Shown here: positions 38,846 to 48,883 of the stretch, piece after piece | Layout: the number at the start of each line of letters is the position of its first letter | Position numbering within the stretch: the first letter of the stretch is position 1 | Assembly (NCBI GenBank): GCA_963842295.1 | Contig: CAWJFY010000007.1 | Span: 18,994 to 82,993, forward strand | Origin: an uncultured Actinomycetota bacterium | GTDB taxonomy: Bacteria; Actinomycetota; UBA4738; HRBIN12 | Reading direction: 5' to 3' | Length of the DNA: 64,000 nt | The notes under the pieces: generated by a model | What the model was told of the DNA's origin: nothing | The model's database searches: none | Seen by the model: only the letters and a program-made list of their open reading frames with translations | Program-made: the position numbers and the translations under genes

Positions 38846-39582
38846 GTCGCCGTCCGCACGAGCATCGGCACCGATCTCATCCGGCGCTCCAGGTGGTACT
38901 CGGCGAAACCGAACAACAGCCCCCGCGCCTCCTTCCGGGTTCGCGTCTCGGGGGTGGGCGTGGCTCCCGCGTCGGCGAGGTCCACGAGGGCGAGCGTGGC
39001 CATGTACGCGAGCGCCGAGGCCGAGACGTGCCCCGCGCCGGGCTCGGCGTCGCCGACGCAGACGGCGCCGCCGAGCCCGGCCGAGAACAGCTGGACATCG
39101 GTGCTGCCGCAGACGGCGCACGCCGTGAGGCTCGGATGGAAGCCGGAGACCGACAGGAGCTTCAGGACGAACGACTCGGCGACGGCGGCAGGGTCGGCGG
39201 GCTTCGACTCCAGCGCTCGGAGACCGGAGAGCAGCAGGAGGACGAGCCGAACGTTCCGCTCGTGCTCCTCCGCGACGCGGTCGACGGCCTCGAGCATCGT
39301 CTCGCCGGAGGCGAACAGGGCGAGGTCGTCTCGGATCGCACGGTGCGGGGCCAGGATCTCAGCCTGCGTGATCGTGTCGAGCGATCCACGACCCCGATAG
39401 AGCATCAGGCTCACGTGAGTGAACGGTTCCAACCGCGCGCCGAAGCGGCTTGTGGTCTTGCGGATGCCCTTGGCCACCCCGCGGACCTTCCCGGAGCCCT
39501 GGGTCATGATGGTGACGATCTTGTCGGCCTCGCCGAGCTTCGCCGACCGGAGGACGACGCCCTGCTCCTTGTAGGGGGGCAT
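38842..39582 (-). CDS. recO: DNA repair protein RecO
   Basis: N-terminal OB fold (VVLRSAKLGEADKIVTIMTQGSGKVRGVAKG); C-terminal Cys cluster (CAVCGS); conserved recO-uppS order. Confidence 0.85.
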   Translation of the reverse strand: MPPYKEQGVVLRSAKLGEADKIVTIMTQGSGKVRGVAKGIRKTTSRFGARLEPFTHVSLMLYRGRGSLDTITQAEILAPHRAIRDDLALFASGETMLEAVDRVAEEHERNVRLVLLLLSGLRALESKPADPAAVAESFVLKLLSVSGFHPSLTACAVCGSTDVQLFSAGLGGAVCVGDAEPGAGHVSASALAYMATLALVDLADAGATPTPETRTRKEARGLLFGFAEYHLERRMRSVPMLVRTAT

Positions 39583-39696
39583 CCGTCGATGGTAGCTCTC
39601 CCCGAACGCCCTTCACCCCAGGAGGCGTGTGGCGTTTCCGTTGCGGCCGGCGGGCCACGGTGCATCCGTGGGCGTTGCGGCGGAAAGAAAGCTTCC

Positions 39697-40557
39697 TCAG
39701 GCGCCCACGGGGTGCCAGACCGTCTTGAACTCCACGAGGGCCGTGACCTCGTAGGGACTCTGCGCCTCGTCGCTGAACGGGTCGACGTCCGGCGCGCGGT
39801 GCACCCTCTTCACGTTCTCTGCGGAGAGCTCCTCGAGTTCCCGGCGCAACTCGTCCGGGACGCCGGTGGCGTCGATCGCGTTCACGTCCATGTGACCCGC
39901 GAGCCACGGCACGAGCTCATCCGTGGATCCGGTGAGGATGTTCACGACGCCCCCTGGCACGTCGGAGGTCGCGAGGACCTCCCCGAGCGAGACCGCCGGC
40001 AGCGGCGCTCGCTCGCTCGCCAGCACCACGGCGGTGTTGCCGCTGACGATCGCCGGCGCCAGGCGAGAGACCAGCCCGAGGAGCGACTGGTCCTGCGGGG
40101 CCACGACACCCACCACGCCGGTCGGCTCGGGGACCGTGAAGTTGAAGTACGGCCCGGCCACGGGGTTGGAGGCGCCTTGGATCTGATGGATCTTGTCGGC
40201 CCACCCCGCGTACCAAACCCAGCGGTCGATCGCGGCGCTCACGCCTTTCTCGGGATCCTTCGCGCCCGTGTCCTTCAGCTCCGACTCGAACTGCGACCGC
40301 CGGCCCTCCATCAGCTCAGCGACGCGATACAGGATCTGGCCTCGATTGAAGGCCGTCTTCGCCGCCCATCCTTGCTGGGCGGCGCGCGCTGCACGCACGG
40401 CGTCGCGGAGATCCTTGCGCGACGCGCGCGCCGCCCACGCGAGGAGCTCGCCGTCGGCGCTGAGGACCTCGTACGACCTCCCGGACTCGCTTCGCGGGAA
40501 CTCCCCGCCGATGTACAGCTTCGCGGTCCGCTTGACGGGAAGCCGGTCGTCGGTCAC
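39697..40557 (-). CDS. Aldehyde-dehydrogenase-like protein, short (286 aa), lacks the catalytic Cys/Glu core
   Basis: Aligns to the ALDH N-terminal NAD-binding region (KLYIGGEF...WAAKTAFNRGQILYRVAELMEGRRSQFE...GVVGVVAPQDQSL) but ends before the ELGGK/Cys region. ATG overlaps the stop of the full-length ALDH (ATGA). Confidence 0.6.
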   Translation of the reverse strand: MTDDRLPVKRTAKLYIGGEFPRSESGRSYEVLSADGELLAWAARASRKDLRDAVRAARAAQQGWAAKTAFNRGQILYRVAELMEGRRSQFESELKDTGAKDPEKGVSAAIDRWVWYAGWADKIHQIQGASNPVAGPYFNFTVPEPTGVVGVVAPQDQSLLGLVSRLAPAIVSGNTAVVLASERAPLPAVSLGEVLATSDVPGGVVNILTGSTDELVPWLAGHMDVNAIDATGVPDELRRELEELSAENVKRVHRAPDVDPFSDEAQSPYEVTALVEFKTVWHPVGA

Positions 40558-42053
40558 GGCGTCAGCTCCACGTACGGCTCGAGGCCGTGCAGGCCGCCCT
40601 CGCGCCCGAAGCCCGACTCCTTGTAGCCGCCGAACGGCGACGAGGGGTCGAACCGGTTGAACGTGTTCGCCCAGACGACGCCGGCCTCAAGGCGTTCGGC
40701 CATCCACAGGATCCGCGAGCCCTTCTCCGTCCACACGCCGGCCGACAGGCCGTACGGCGTGTTGTTCGCCTTCTCGACGGCCTCCTCCGGCGTCCGGAAC
40801 GTGAGGATCGACAGGACCGGCCCGAAGATCTCTTCACGTGCGATCCGATGCGACTGGCTGACTCCGGTGAACAGGGTCGGACGGAACCAGAACCCGCGCT
40901 CCGGTAAGTCGCAGGCGGGCTGGTACATCTCGGCGCCTTCCTCGACGCCCGCGGCCACCAACTCCTCGATCCTCGTGAGCTGCGCCCGCGAGTTGATCGC
41001 GCCGATGTCCGTGTTCTTGTCCAGTGGATCGCCGACGCGGAGAGTCTGCAGTCGCGCTTTCAGCTTCTCGAGGAGCGGCTCGAAGATCGGTTCCTGCACC
41101 AGGAGCCGTGAGCCGGCGCAGCAGACATGTCCCTGGTTGAAGAAGATCCCGTTCACGACGCCTTCGACGGCCTGATCCAATGGGGCGTCCTCGAACACGA
41201 TGTTCGCCGCCTTCCCGCCCAGCTCGAGCGTGAGCCGCTTGTTCGAGCCGGCGATCGTCCGACGGATCTGCTTGCCGACCTCGGTCGAGCCCGTGAACGC
41301 GACCTTGTCGACATCGGCGGCGACGAGCGCGGCACCGGTCTCTCCCGCGCCCGTGATCACGTTCACCGCGCCCGGCGGCAGCTCCGCTTGCTGGATCACC
41401 TCAGCGAGCAGCAGGGCCGTGAGCGGTGTCGTCTCGGCGGGCTTGAGCACCGTCGTGTTGCCCGTGGCGAGCGCCGGCGCGAGCTTCCACGCCGCCATCA
41501 ACATCGGGAAGTTCCACGGGATCACCTGTCCCGCCACCCCTACTGGCTTCGCATCGCGACCGGGGAACGCGTAGTCGAGCTTGTCGGCCCATCCGGCGTA
41601 GTAGAAGAAGTGGGACGCGGCGAGCGGCAGGTCGATGTCGCGCGACTCCTTGATCGGCTTGCCGCCGTTCATCGACTCGAGGACGGCGAACTCGCGCGCG
41701 CGCTCCTGCAGCGCGCGCGCGATCCGGTACAGGTACTTGGCTCGCTCCTTGCCGGGCAGATCCCGCCAGCGGGACTCGGATGCGTCGCGCGCCGCCGAGA
41801 CCGCCAGCTCGACATCCTCGGGTCCCGCTTCAGGGACCTCGGCGAGGACTTCCTCCGTGGACGGGTCGATCGTCGCCATGTAGCGACCGCTCTTCGGCTC
41901 GACGAACTCACCGCCGATGAACAGCCCGTATCGCTCCTGGAGCCGGACGACGTCCTTCGACTCCGGCGCCTCCGCGTACTCCCAATCGGGAACCGCGGGC
42001 GCGCGATCCCGCGTCGTGTCGAGCTCGGTCATCTGCCCGTCCTCACGGAACAA
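40554..42053 (-). CDS. Aldehyde dehydrogenase (NAD(P)+)
   Basis: LTLELGGKAANIVFEDA and FFNQGHVCCAGSRLLVQE (catalytic Cys); FTGSTEVGKQI. Confidence 0.85.
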   Translation of the reverse strand: MFREDGQMTELDTTRDRAPAVPDWEYAEAPESKDVVRLQERYGLFIGGEFVEPKSGRYMATIDPSTEEVLAEVPEAGPEDVELAVSAARDASESRWRDLPGKERAKYLYRIARALQERAREFAVLESMNGGKPIKESRDIDLPLAASHFFYYAGWADKLDYAFPGRDAKPVGVAGQVIPWNFPMLMAAWKLAPALATGNTTVLKPAETTPLTALLLAEVIQQAELPPGAVNVITGAGETGAALVAADVDKVAFTGSTEVGKQIRRTIAGSNKRLTLELGGKAANIVFEDAPLDQAVEGVVNGIFFNQGHVCCAGSRLLVQEPIFEPLLEKLKARLQTLRVGDPLDKNTDIGAINSRAQLTRIEELVAAGVEEGAEMYQPACDLPERGFWFRPTLFTGVSQSHRIAREEIFGPVLSILTFRTPEEAVEKANNTPYGLSAGVWTEKGSRILWMAERLEAGVVWANTFNRFDPSSPFGGYKESGFGREGGLHGLEPYVELTP

Positions 42054-43005
42054 CGGTAGCCGACTCGGGACTGGATGATCCGACTTCCGTGGTCTCGCGG
42101 CGGGAGGTCAGATAGGCGCCGAGGATCACCAGCGCCACCCCCACGACCGCGATCGACCCCACCTCGTCGTGGCGGAAGAGCATCCCGAGCGCGAGGGCGA
42201 CCACCGGGATCAGGTAGCCCACGATCGAAGCCCTCGTCGGCCCCACACGCCCCACGAGTCTCCCCATCAGCACGAAGGCCACGCCGGTGCCGAGGATGCC
42301 TACGGCCCCGGTCGCGGCCAGCGCTGACCAGGCGAAGTGAGAACCGGGTATCGAGAACAGGCCGAACGGGGCAGTGAGGATCGCGCCGATCGTGAGGATC
42401 CGCGCCATCACCGGCAGCGACCCGTATCGCTGCTGGAGCGGCGTGGCTACGTTGAACGCGATGCCGTAGCAGATCGTTGCGACGAGGATGAGGACCACGC
42501 CGACGACCTGGCTGGAACCCTCCCCCGCCGCGGAGAGAGCGATCGCGGCGACACCGATGAAGCCGAGAGGTATCCCGACGAGCTGGCGCGAGCCGGGAGG
42601 CCGCCGGAGCAGGATCGTCGCGATGACGGCGGTGAAGATCGGAGCCGCCCCGTTGAGCATCCCCGCGATCGCGGAGTTCACCGACCCCTGCGCCAGCGGG
42701 AAGAGCGTGAACGGGATCACCACCCACGTGATCGAGAGGAGCAGCAGGCGACGCCGGTCCGCTCGATCGATGGGAGCCCGCACACCGGGGATGAGCCAGA
42801 GCGCCGACGCGCCGAACAGGATCCGGAGCCAGGTGACCAGGCCCGGGCGGAACGCCTCCAGGCCGATCGCCATGAGCAGGAACGACGAGCCCCAGATCGT
42901 GCCGACGACCAGGAACAGCACCCAGTCCACGCCCGCGAACGCCCCACGGTGCGTGCCGTGCGTGGTGGACAGCACCCGAGCACCCATCGCCTGAACAACG
43001 ACCAA
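42043..43005 (-). CDS. DMT-superfamily transporter (EamA-like, 10 TM)
   Basis: Two EamA-like halves; hydrophobic throughout (LVVGTIWGSSFLLMAIGLE...). Confidence 0.7.
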   Translation of the reverse strand: MVVVQAMGARVLSTTHGTHRGAFAGVDWVLFLVVGTIWGSSFLLMAIGLEAFRPGLVTWLRILFGASALWLIPGVRAPIDRADRRRLLLLSITWVVIPFTLFPLAQGSVNSAIAGMLNGAAPIFTAVIATILLRRPPGSRQLVGIPLGFIGVAAIALSAAGEGSSQVVGVVLILVATICYGIAFNVATPLQQRYGSLPVMARILTIGAILTAPFGLFSIPGSHFAWSALAATGAVGILGTGVAFVLMGRLVGRVGPTRASIVGYLIPVVALALGMLFRHDEVGSIAVVGVALVILGAYLTSRRETTEVGSSSPESATVVP

Positions 43006-43007
43006 CG

Positions 43008-43970
43008 TCAGTCGATCGTGAAATAGTCCGGCCCCGCATAACGGCCGGTGCGCTCCTTCTCGATCTGCATCAACACATCGTTCAAGAGCGAGGACGCTCC
43101 GATCCGGAAACGATCCGGCGTCATCCAGTCGGCGCCCAAGGTCTCGTGGAGCAGGACGAGGTTCTGGATCGCCTGCTTCGCGGCGCGAACCCCACCGGCG
43201 ACCTTGATGCCGACGGCGCGACCGGTGTCACGATGGAAGTCGCGGATCGCCTCCATCATGCAGAGCGCTACCGGCAGCGTGGCGTTGACGGCGATCTTGC
43301 CCGTCGAGGTCTTGATGAAGTCCGCGCCCGCCGCCATGGCGAGCATGCTCGCCTGCCGGACGCGGTCGTAGGAGCCGAGCTCCCCCGTCTCGAGGATCAC
43401 CTTCAGGTGGGTGGTGCCGGCCGCCTCGCGGGCCGCCACGAGCTCGTCGAATGCCTGTGCGTAGCGCCCTCCGAGGAACAGGGATCGGTTCAGCACGATG
43501 TCGATCTCATCGGCCCCGGTCTCGGTCACATGGCGGATCTCCTGCAGCCGCGCGTCGAGCGGTCCGAGGCCACTCGGGAAGCCGCCCGCCACACTCGCGA
43601 CCTTCACTCCCGTACCTTCCAGGTGCTCGAGGGCGACGGACACGAGCTGCGGATACAGGCAGACCGCCGCGACGGGAGGGATCGACCGATCGACCGGGTC
43701 CGGACGAACCGCCTTCGCACAGATCGCGACGATCTTGCCGACCGTGTCGCTCCCTTCCAGGGTCGTGAGATCCATCGACCGGATCGCGAGGTCGAGGGCC
43801 CAGAGCTTCGCGTCGCGCTTGATCGAACGCTTCGCGAGCGACTCTGCGCGTTCTTCGAGACCCACCGCGTCGACGGCCGTCGTCCGGACGGCCATCCGTA
43901 CGGCCTCCACGGCCGCGACGGGCGCGGGTGCCGAGGGCCGGCTCCGCTCGATGTGCGCTGCGTGCGCCAT
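43008..43970 (-). CDS. deoC: Deoxyribose-phosphate aldolase (long form)
   Basis: Schiff-base lysine region FIKTSTGK; LKVILETGELG; GIKVAGGVR. Confidence 0.8.
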   Translation of the reverse strand: MAHAAHIERSRPSAPAPVAAVEAVRMAVRTTAVDAVGLEERAESLAKRSIKRDAKLWALDLAIRSMDLTTLEGSDTVGKIVAICAKAVRPDPVDRSIPPVAAVCLYPQLVSVALEHLEGTGVKVASVAGGFPSGLGPLDARLQEIRHVTETGADEIDIVLNRSLFLGGRYAQAFDELVAAREAAGTTHLKVILETGELGSYDRVRQASMLAMAAGADFIKTSTGKIAVNATLPVALCMMEAIRDFHRDTGRAVGIKVAGGVRAAKQAIQNLVLLHETLGADWMTPDRFRIGASSLLNDVLMQIEKERTGRYAGPDYFTID

Positions 43971-44026
43971 GCCTCGATGGTAGCCCAGCCGGTCGTTCCG
44001 GAACCCGCCCGGTAGGCTCCCGCCCC

Positions 44027-44377
44027 GTGACGACCGGACGCGTGCTCGCCCTCACGGCCGCGCTGCTCCTCGTCGCGTGCGGTGGCGACGAGGCGAAGCC
44101 CCCCGAAGCCTGCACCGAGCCGGTCACCGTGACGAAGGTCGAGCTCGCGGACTTCGCGTTCCGACCCAACTGCCTGTCCGTGGATACGGGAGCCGCGATC
44201 ACGCTCGAGAACACGGGTGACGCGATCCACACCTTCACCGTGACGGGGACCGACGTCGACTTCAGCCTGGATGCGGGGATCTCGGTCGAGGCGAGCCTCT
44301 CGGGCGTAGAACCCGGCACCTACGCCGTGACGTGCACGTTCCACCCGCAGATGGAGGCGACCCTCACGGTCGGCTGA
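44027..44377 (+). CDS. Cupredoxin-like (type-1 copper site) lipoprotein
   Basis: GTG at 44027 in frame: VTTGRVLALTAALLLVACGG lipobox. Copper-ligand pattern H(TF)...C-TFHP-QM (His...Cys-x-x-His-x-x-Met). Confidence 0.55.
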   Translation: MTTGRVLALTAALLLVACGGDEAKPPEACTEPVTVTKVELADFAFRPNCLSVDTGAAITLENTGDAIHTFTVTGTDVDFSLDAGISVEASLSGVEPGTYAVTCTFHPQMEATLTVG

Positions 44378-44380
44378 GGC

Positions 44381-45313
44381 TCAGAACCCCAGCCGCTCCA
44401 GCGCCTTGGGATCTCGCTGCCACTCCTTGACGACCTTCACCCGAAGATCGAGGAAGACCTTGGTACCGAGCACCAACTCCATCTCCTCGCGGGCCCGCGA
44501 TCCGATCGTGCGGAGCGTTTGTCCGCCCTTGCCGATCACGATCCCCTTCTGCGAGTCACGCTCCACGATGAGGGACGCGTGGATCTTGGTGAGCCCCTCC
44601 TCGACGTCGATCTCCTCGATCATGACGGTGATGGAGTGGGGTAGCTCCTGCCGCGTGACGTGGAGCGCCTTCTCGCGGATCATCTCGGCCAACCGCATCT
44701 CGAGCGGTTGATCGCTGATCGTCTCCTCCGGATAGAGCGCCGGCCCCTCGGGCAGGAGGCCGAGGACCAGTTCCCGGAGCACCCCGATCCCCTTCTCCAC
44801 CTTCGCGGACACGGGGACGATCTCGTCGTAGTCGCCGATCTCGGCGGCCGCGGCCAGCTGGGGCACGACCCCGTGCTTGCCGATGGCGTCGATCTTGTTC
44901 ACCACGGCGATCTTCGGGCACCCGTGCGGCCGCACGCGTCGTTCGTAGACGAACGCGTCGCCACGCCCGATGCCGGATGCCGCGTCGACCACGTGAAGGA
45001 TCACGTCCACCCCCTCCACGGCGTTGCCGACCACGTCGTTGAGCCGGACGCCGAGCTCCGTCCGAGGCTTGTGGAATCCGGGGGTGTCGGTGAAGACCGC
45101 TTGCGCATCCTCCGTCGTCAGCACCGCGTGCAAGCCTCGACGCGTCGTCTGCGGCTTGTCCGAGACGATCGAGACCTTGTGACCGACGAGCGCGTTCACC
45201 AGCGTCGACTTGCCGACGTTGGGGCGGCCCACCACGGCGACGAGACCGGACCGCGAGATCACTCGAGGTCGTCCGGCCCGAAGGCGTGGGGCAACAGGTC
45301 CCCGAGACGCCAC
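44381..45313 (-). CDS. era: GTPase Era
   Basis: G1 VAVVGRPNVGKST, G3 DTPG, G4 NKID, C-terminal KH domain. Start may instead be GTG at 45262 overlapping the cdd stop. Confidence 0.9.
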   Translation of the reverse strand: MASRGPVAPRLRAGRPRVISRSGLVAVVGRPNVGKSTLVNALVGHKVSIVSDKPQTTRRGLHAVLTTEDAQAVFTDTPGFHKPRTELGVRLNDVVGNAVEGVDVILHVVDAASGIGRGDAFVYERRVRPHGCPKIAVVNKIDAIGKHGVVPQLAAAAEIGDYDEIVPVSAKVEKGIGVLRELVLGLLPEGPALYPEETISDQPLEMRLAEMIREKALHVTRQELPHSITVMIEEIDVEEGLTKIHASLIVERDSQKGIVIGKGGQTLRTIGSRAREEMELVLGTKVFLDLRVKVVKEWQRDPKALERLGF

Positions 45314-45687
45314 CGCGCGCGGACGCCGTCCGCTCCCTCGGCGACCACCACCGTGTCGGCGTCACCGAACTCCCACAGCACCTGCCGGCACCCGCCGCAC
45401 GGCGGCGTGGGCGTCGGCGCGTCGGTGGCGACCGCGACGGCGAGGACCCTCGGCTGTCCCGAGGTCACCGTCAGCGCGATGGCGTTCCGCTCAGCGCAGA
45501 CGGAGAGCGGGTAGCTCGCGTTCTCGATGTTGACGCTCGCACGCGCTTCGCCGTCGCCACCCAGCACCGCGGCCCCGACGCGGAACCCGCTGTACGGCAC
45601 GTAGGCGAGCGGCATGGTCTCGCGCGCCAGGCGCAGCATCGCATCGAGCGTGTCGTCGTCCACACGCGTCCCGTTCGACTCAGCCAT
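45259..45687 (-). CDS. cdd: Cytidine deaminase
   Basis: Zinc-binding CAERNAI and PCGGCRQ motifs. Confidence 0.85.
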   Translation of the reverse strand: MAESNGTRVDDDTLDAMLRLARETMPLAYVPYSGFRVGAAVLGGDGEARASVNIENASYPLSVCAERNAIALTVTSGQPRVLAVAVATDAPTPTPPCGGCRQVLWEFGDADTVVVAEGADGVRARWRLGDLLPHAFGPDDLE

Positions 45688-46942
45688 CGGCCGCCTCCGG
45701 CCCCACTCCGTTCTGATCCGTCCGGGTGATCACGACGCTCGCGATCCGCCGTCCCTGCACCTGGTCCGCCTTGAGGTTCAGACCACGGAAGGAGACCTCC
45801 TCGCCCGTCTCTGGCATGCGCCCGAGCAGGTCGAGCATGAGGCCGGCCACCGTGTCCCATTCCCCGTCCGGCAGCTCGGTGCGGAGCAGCTCGTTCACGT
45901 CGTCGATCGAGGCTTTCCCGGACACGCGGTAGGTGCCGTCGCCGAGCTCCAGCACCTCGGGTTCCTCGCGGTCGTATTCGTCGGCGATCTCTCCCACGAG
46001 CTCTTCGAGCAGATCCTCGAGCGACACGATCCCCGTGACCGAGCCGTGCTCGTCGTAGACGAGGGCTTGATGGAACTTCTCGCGCTGCATCTCTTTCAAG
46101 AGCTCGGCGACTCGCTTGGTCTCCGGCACGAAGTGAGCCGGCCTGATGATCTCGGAGAGCGGCATGTCCTTCTTCCCCTGATGCAAGGCTTTCAGGACGT
46201 CCTTGGCGAAAACGACGCCCTTCACGTCGTCGAGCGACTCGTGGAAGACGGGGATCCGAGAGTATCCGTGCGAGAGCACGAGGGCCTGGACGTCGCGAAG
46301 CGTCTTGTCGTCCTCGATGGCGACGATGTCCGGGCGAGGCACCATGACCTCTCTCACGATCGTGTCGCCGAACTCGAAGATCGAATGGATCAGCTCCTTC
46401 TCGCCCTCGTCGATCGAGCCTTCCTCGGAGCCGACCTCGGCCATCGAGCGGATCTCCTCCTCGGAGACGAACGGTCCCTGCTTCAGCCCCTTGCCGGGGA
46501 GAAGCACGTTGGCCAGCCCGATCAGGATCCTCGTCGGTGCGGCGAGCACACGGCCCAGGAACCACACGATCGGTGAGAGCGCGAGCGCGACGCGATCTGT
46601 GTGCAGGACCGCGAACGTCTTGGCCATCGCCTCCACGAACACGAAGTACAGGAGCGTGAACACGAACGACCCCAGCGTGACCCAGGTATCCCCGAACTGA
46701 CGCTCGGCGAGGAACGCCACGAGGATCGCCGAGCCGTTCTGCACGAACATCACCGTGAGATACACGGCGTTCAGATAGCGCGGCGGATCTGACTCGATCT
46801 TGACCAGTGTCTCCGCGTTCCTCCTCCCTTCCTCTTGGAGCGCGAGCGCCCGAACGCGCGACGTCCGCGTGAGCGACGCCTCGGCCGCAGCGAGCACGGA
46901 ACCGAAGAGCACCAGCCCGGCGGCGAGCACCCACCACCACAT
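45680..46942 (-). CDS. HlyC/CorC-family transporter (DUF21 TM domain + CBS pair + CorC_HlyC)
   Basis: ATG at 46942 (MWWWVLAAGLVLFG) overlaps the ybeY stop. CBS pair and C-terminal transporter-associated domain. Track ORF extends to 46984. Confidence 0.8.
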   Translation of the reverse strand: MWWWVLAAGLVLFGSVLAAAEASLTRTSRVRALALQEEGRRNAETLVKIESDPPRYLNAVYLTVMFVQNGSAILVAFLAERQFGDTWVTLGSFVFTLLYFVFVEAMAKTFAVLHTDRVALALSPIVWFLGRVLAAPTRILIGLANVLLPGKGLKQGPFVSEEEIRSMAEVGSEEGSIDEGEKELIHSIFEFGDTIVREVMVPRPDIVAIEDDKTLRDVQALVLSHGYSRIPVFHESLDDVKGVVFAKDVLKALHQGKKDMPLSEIIRPAHFVPETKRVAELLKEMQREKFHQALVYDEHGSVTGIVSLEDLLEELVGEIADEYDREEPEVLELGDGTYRVSGKASIDDVNELLRTELPDGEWDTVAGLMLDLLGRMPETGEEVSFRGLNLKADQVQGRRIASVVITRTDQNGVGPEAADG

Positions 46943-47427
46943 CACGGCGCGCGCACCCCGCTGTACCGCTCCTGCCGCTCCCACATCCGGGTGCGCGCGC
47001 CGTCGTCCTCGTGGTCGTACCCGAGGAGATGCAGGATCCCGTGAACCATCAGGAGCCGGAGCTCCGCATCCGGATCTTCCGGGTTGTTCCGCTCAGCCTC
47101 GGTCGGCGCCACGACGACGTCGCCGAGGAGGCGGCGGAGGCCATCCTCGTCGGCGTCGTCCAGCGGGAAAGACAGGACGTCGGTCGGACCCGGCTCGTCC
47201 ATGAACCGCTCGTGGAGTTCCGCCATCTCTGTCCCGTCGACGAAGGACACCGACAGCTCCGCGCGCTCGACACCTTCCGCCCGGAGGGTGTCGCGTGCGA
47301 GCTCGAGCAGTGCTCCCTCGTCCACCGGCCGGTCCTGCCGGTTGGAGATCAGGACCTTGGGCCAGGGGCCGTCCCGCGCGTCGTCGGGCAGGTCGCCTGC
47401 GCCCGGATGGCCATCGTCATCCATCAC
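46942..47427 (-). CDS. ybeY: Endoribonuclease YbeY (rRNA maturation factor)
   Basis: HGILHLLGYDHE zinc-binding motif. Confidence 0.85.
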   Translation of the reverse strand: MMDDDGHPGAGDLPDDARDGPWPKVLISNRQDRPVDEGALLELARDTLRAEGVERAELSVSFVDGTEMAELHERFMDEPGPTDVLSFPLDDADEDGLRRLLGDVVVAPTEAERNNPEDPDAELRLLMVHGILHLLGYDHEDDGARTRMWERQERYSGVRAP

Positions 47428-48421
47428 TCGTCACCCCGAGGCGCTGCTGACCGTAGCGGTCGTACGCCTCGACGATCTCCTGGACGATCTTGTGCCGAAC
47501 GACGTCGCGGCCCCCCAGTCGGCAGAAGGAGATCCCACGGATCCCGGAGAGGATCTCCTGGATCACGAGGAGACCCGATCGCTGACCGCTCGCGAGATCC
47601 ACCTGGGTGTCGTCCCCGTTCACCACGGCTTTCGATCCGAATCCGATCCTCGTGAGGAACATCTTCATCTGCTCGGGGGTCGTGTTCTGCGCCTCGTCGA
47701 GGATGATGAACGCGTCGTTCAGCGTTCGCCCTCGCATGAACGCCAGGGGCGCGACCTCCACGGTTCCTCTCTCCATCAGCCGCGAGAGGCTCTCGCCGCC
47801 GGTCATCTCGAACAGGGCGTCGTACAGGGGACGCATGTACGGATCGATCTTCTCGTAGAGCGTCCCCGGCAGGAACCCGAGCCGCTCCCCCGCCTCGACC
47901 GCCGGCCGCGTGAGGATCAGCCTCGAGACCTGACGATCCTGGAGGGCCCGCACCGCGGTGGCGACGGCGAGGTACGTCTTGCCCGTGCCGGCCGGGCCGA
48001 TCGCGAAGGTCACGGTGGATCCACGCATCGCATCCACGAAGCGCTTCTGCCCGACCGTCTTCGGTGCCACCGACGTGCCCCGGGCCGTGAGGAGCGTGTC
48101 GCCGAGCACCTCGCTGGGACGGATCGCCTCGACATCATCGCTCTCCGAGACGCCTTTGATCAGCTCGATCGTCTGGCCCACGGCGGAGTCGGAAAGGTTG
48201 TGTCCTTTCTCCAGCAGCGCCAGCAGCTCTTCGAACAGCCGAGCCAGCTGCTCAGCCTCGTGATCGGGCCCCGTGATCGTGATCTCGTTGCCGCGGACCA
48301 AGATGTCTGAGGAGAAGGCGTCCTCGATCAATTTCAGGAACGCATCCTGCTGGCCCAAGAGCGCCACCATCGACTGGTGACCGGGGACGAGGATCTTCAC
48401 TTGCGTGGTGGCGGCTGCCAC
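47417..48421 (-). CDS. phoH: PhoH-like ATPase
   Basis: Walker A GPAGTGKTYLAVA; PhoH family conserved core. Confidence 0.85.
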   Translation of the reverse strand: MAAATTQVKILVPGHQSMVALLGQQDAFLKLIEDAFSSDILVRGNEITITGPDHEAEQLARLFEELLALLEKGHNLSDSAVGQTIELIKGVSESDDVEAIRPSEVLGDTLLTARGTSVAPKTVGQKRFVDAMRGSTVTFAIGPAGTGKTYLAVATAVRALQDRQVSRLILTRPAVEAGERLGFLPGTLYEKIDPYMRPLYDALFEMTGGESLSRLMERGTVEVAPLAFMRGRTLNDAFIILDEAQNTTPEQMKMFLTRIGFGSKAVVNGDDTQVDLASGQRSGLLVIQEILSGIRGISFCRLGGRDVVRHKIVQEIVEAYDRYGQQRLGVTSDG

Positions 48422-48504
48422 GTGTCGCGCTCTCGGGGGTGACCCCGTTCCTCCTGTTGTCGAGAACGGGACCCTTCGGGTCCCGTGGGCAGCATCCTAC
48501 CGCT

Positions 48505-48855
48505 TTACCCCGGTGGCCACGCCATCGGCCTGCCGCCGAGCAGGTGGAAATGCAAGTGGAACACGCTCTGCCCTGCGTCGGGCCCCACGTTCGTGACGAG
48601 GCGCCATCCGGAGTCGGCGATCCCCTCGGCGTGCGCGAGATGCGCCGCCGCTTGCGCCACATCCGCCAGCAGGTCGCCATGTCCGTCGTCGATCTCCGCG
48701 ATGGACCGTACGTGCTCCTTGGGGATGATCAGGATGTGCGTGGGCGCTTGGGGGTTGGAATCGCGGAACGCGACCAGCCGGTCGGATTCGCGAACGATCT
48801 CGGCGGGTATCTCACGCGCCGCGATCTTGCAGAAGAGACACGAGGTGTCCGCCAC
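48505..48855 (-). CDS. HIT-family (histidine triad) protein
   Basis: CLFCKI...THILIIPKEH...FHLHFHLLGG histidine triad. Confidence 0.8.
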   Translation of the reverse strand: MADTSCLFCKIAAREIPAEIVRESDRLVAFRDSNPQAPTHILIIPKEHVRSIAEIDDGHGDLLADVAQAAAHLAHAEGIADSGWRLVTNVGPDAGQSVFHLHFHLLGGRPMAWPPG

Positions 48856-48883
48856 GATCCGGAGCCTACCGCCGGCGCCAGGC

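Noticed and set aside
38668-40626. 652-aa plus-strand ORF
   Set aside because: Antisense to uppS, recO and the ALDH-like gene; composition artefact.
42029-43039. 336-aa Arg/Gly/Asp-rich minus-strand ORF
   Set aside because: Alternate frame of the EamA transporter gene, which has coherent TM-helix composition in the chosen frame.
45471-46940. 489-aa minus-strand ORF
   Set aside because: Out-of-frame shadow of the corC gene (Arg/Gly-rich).
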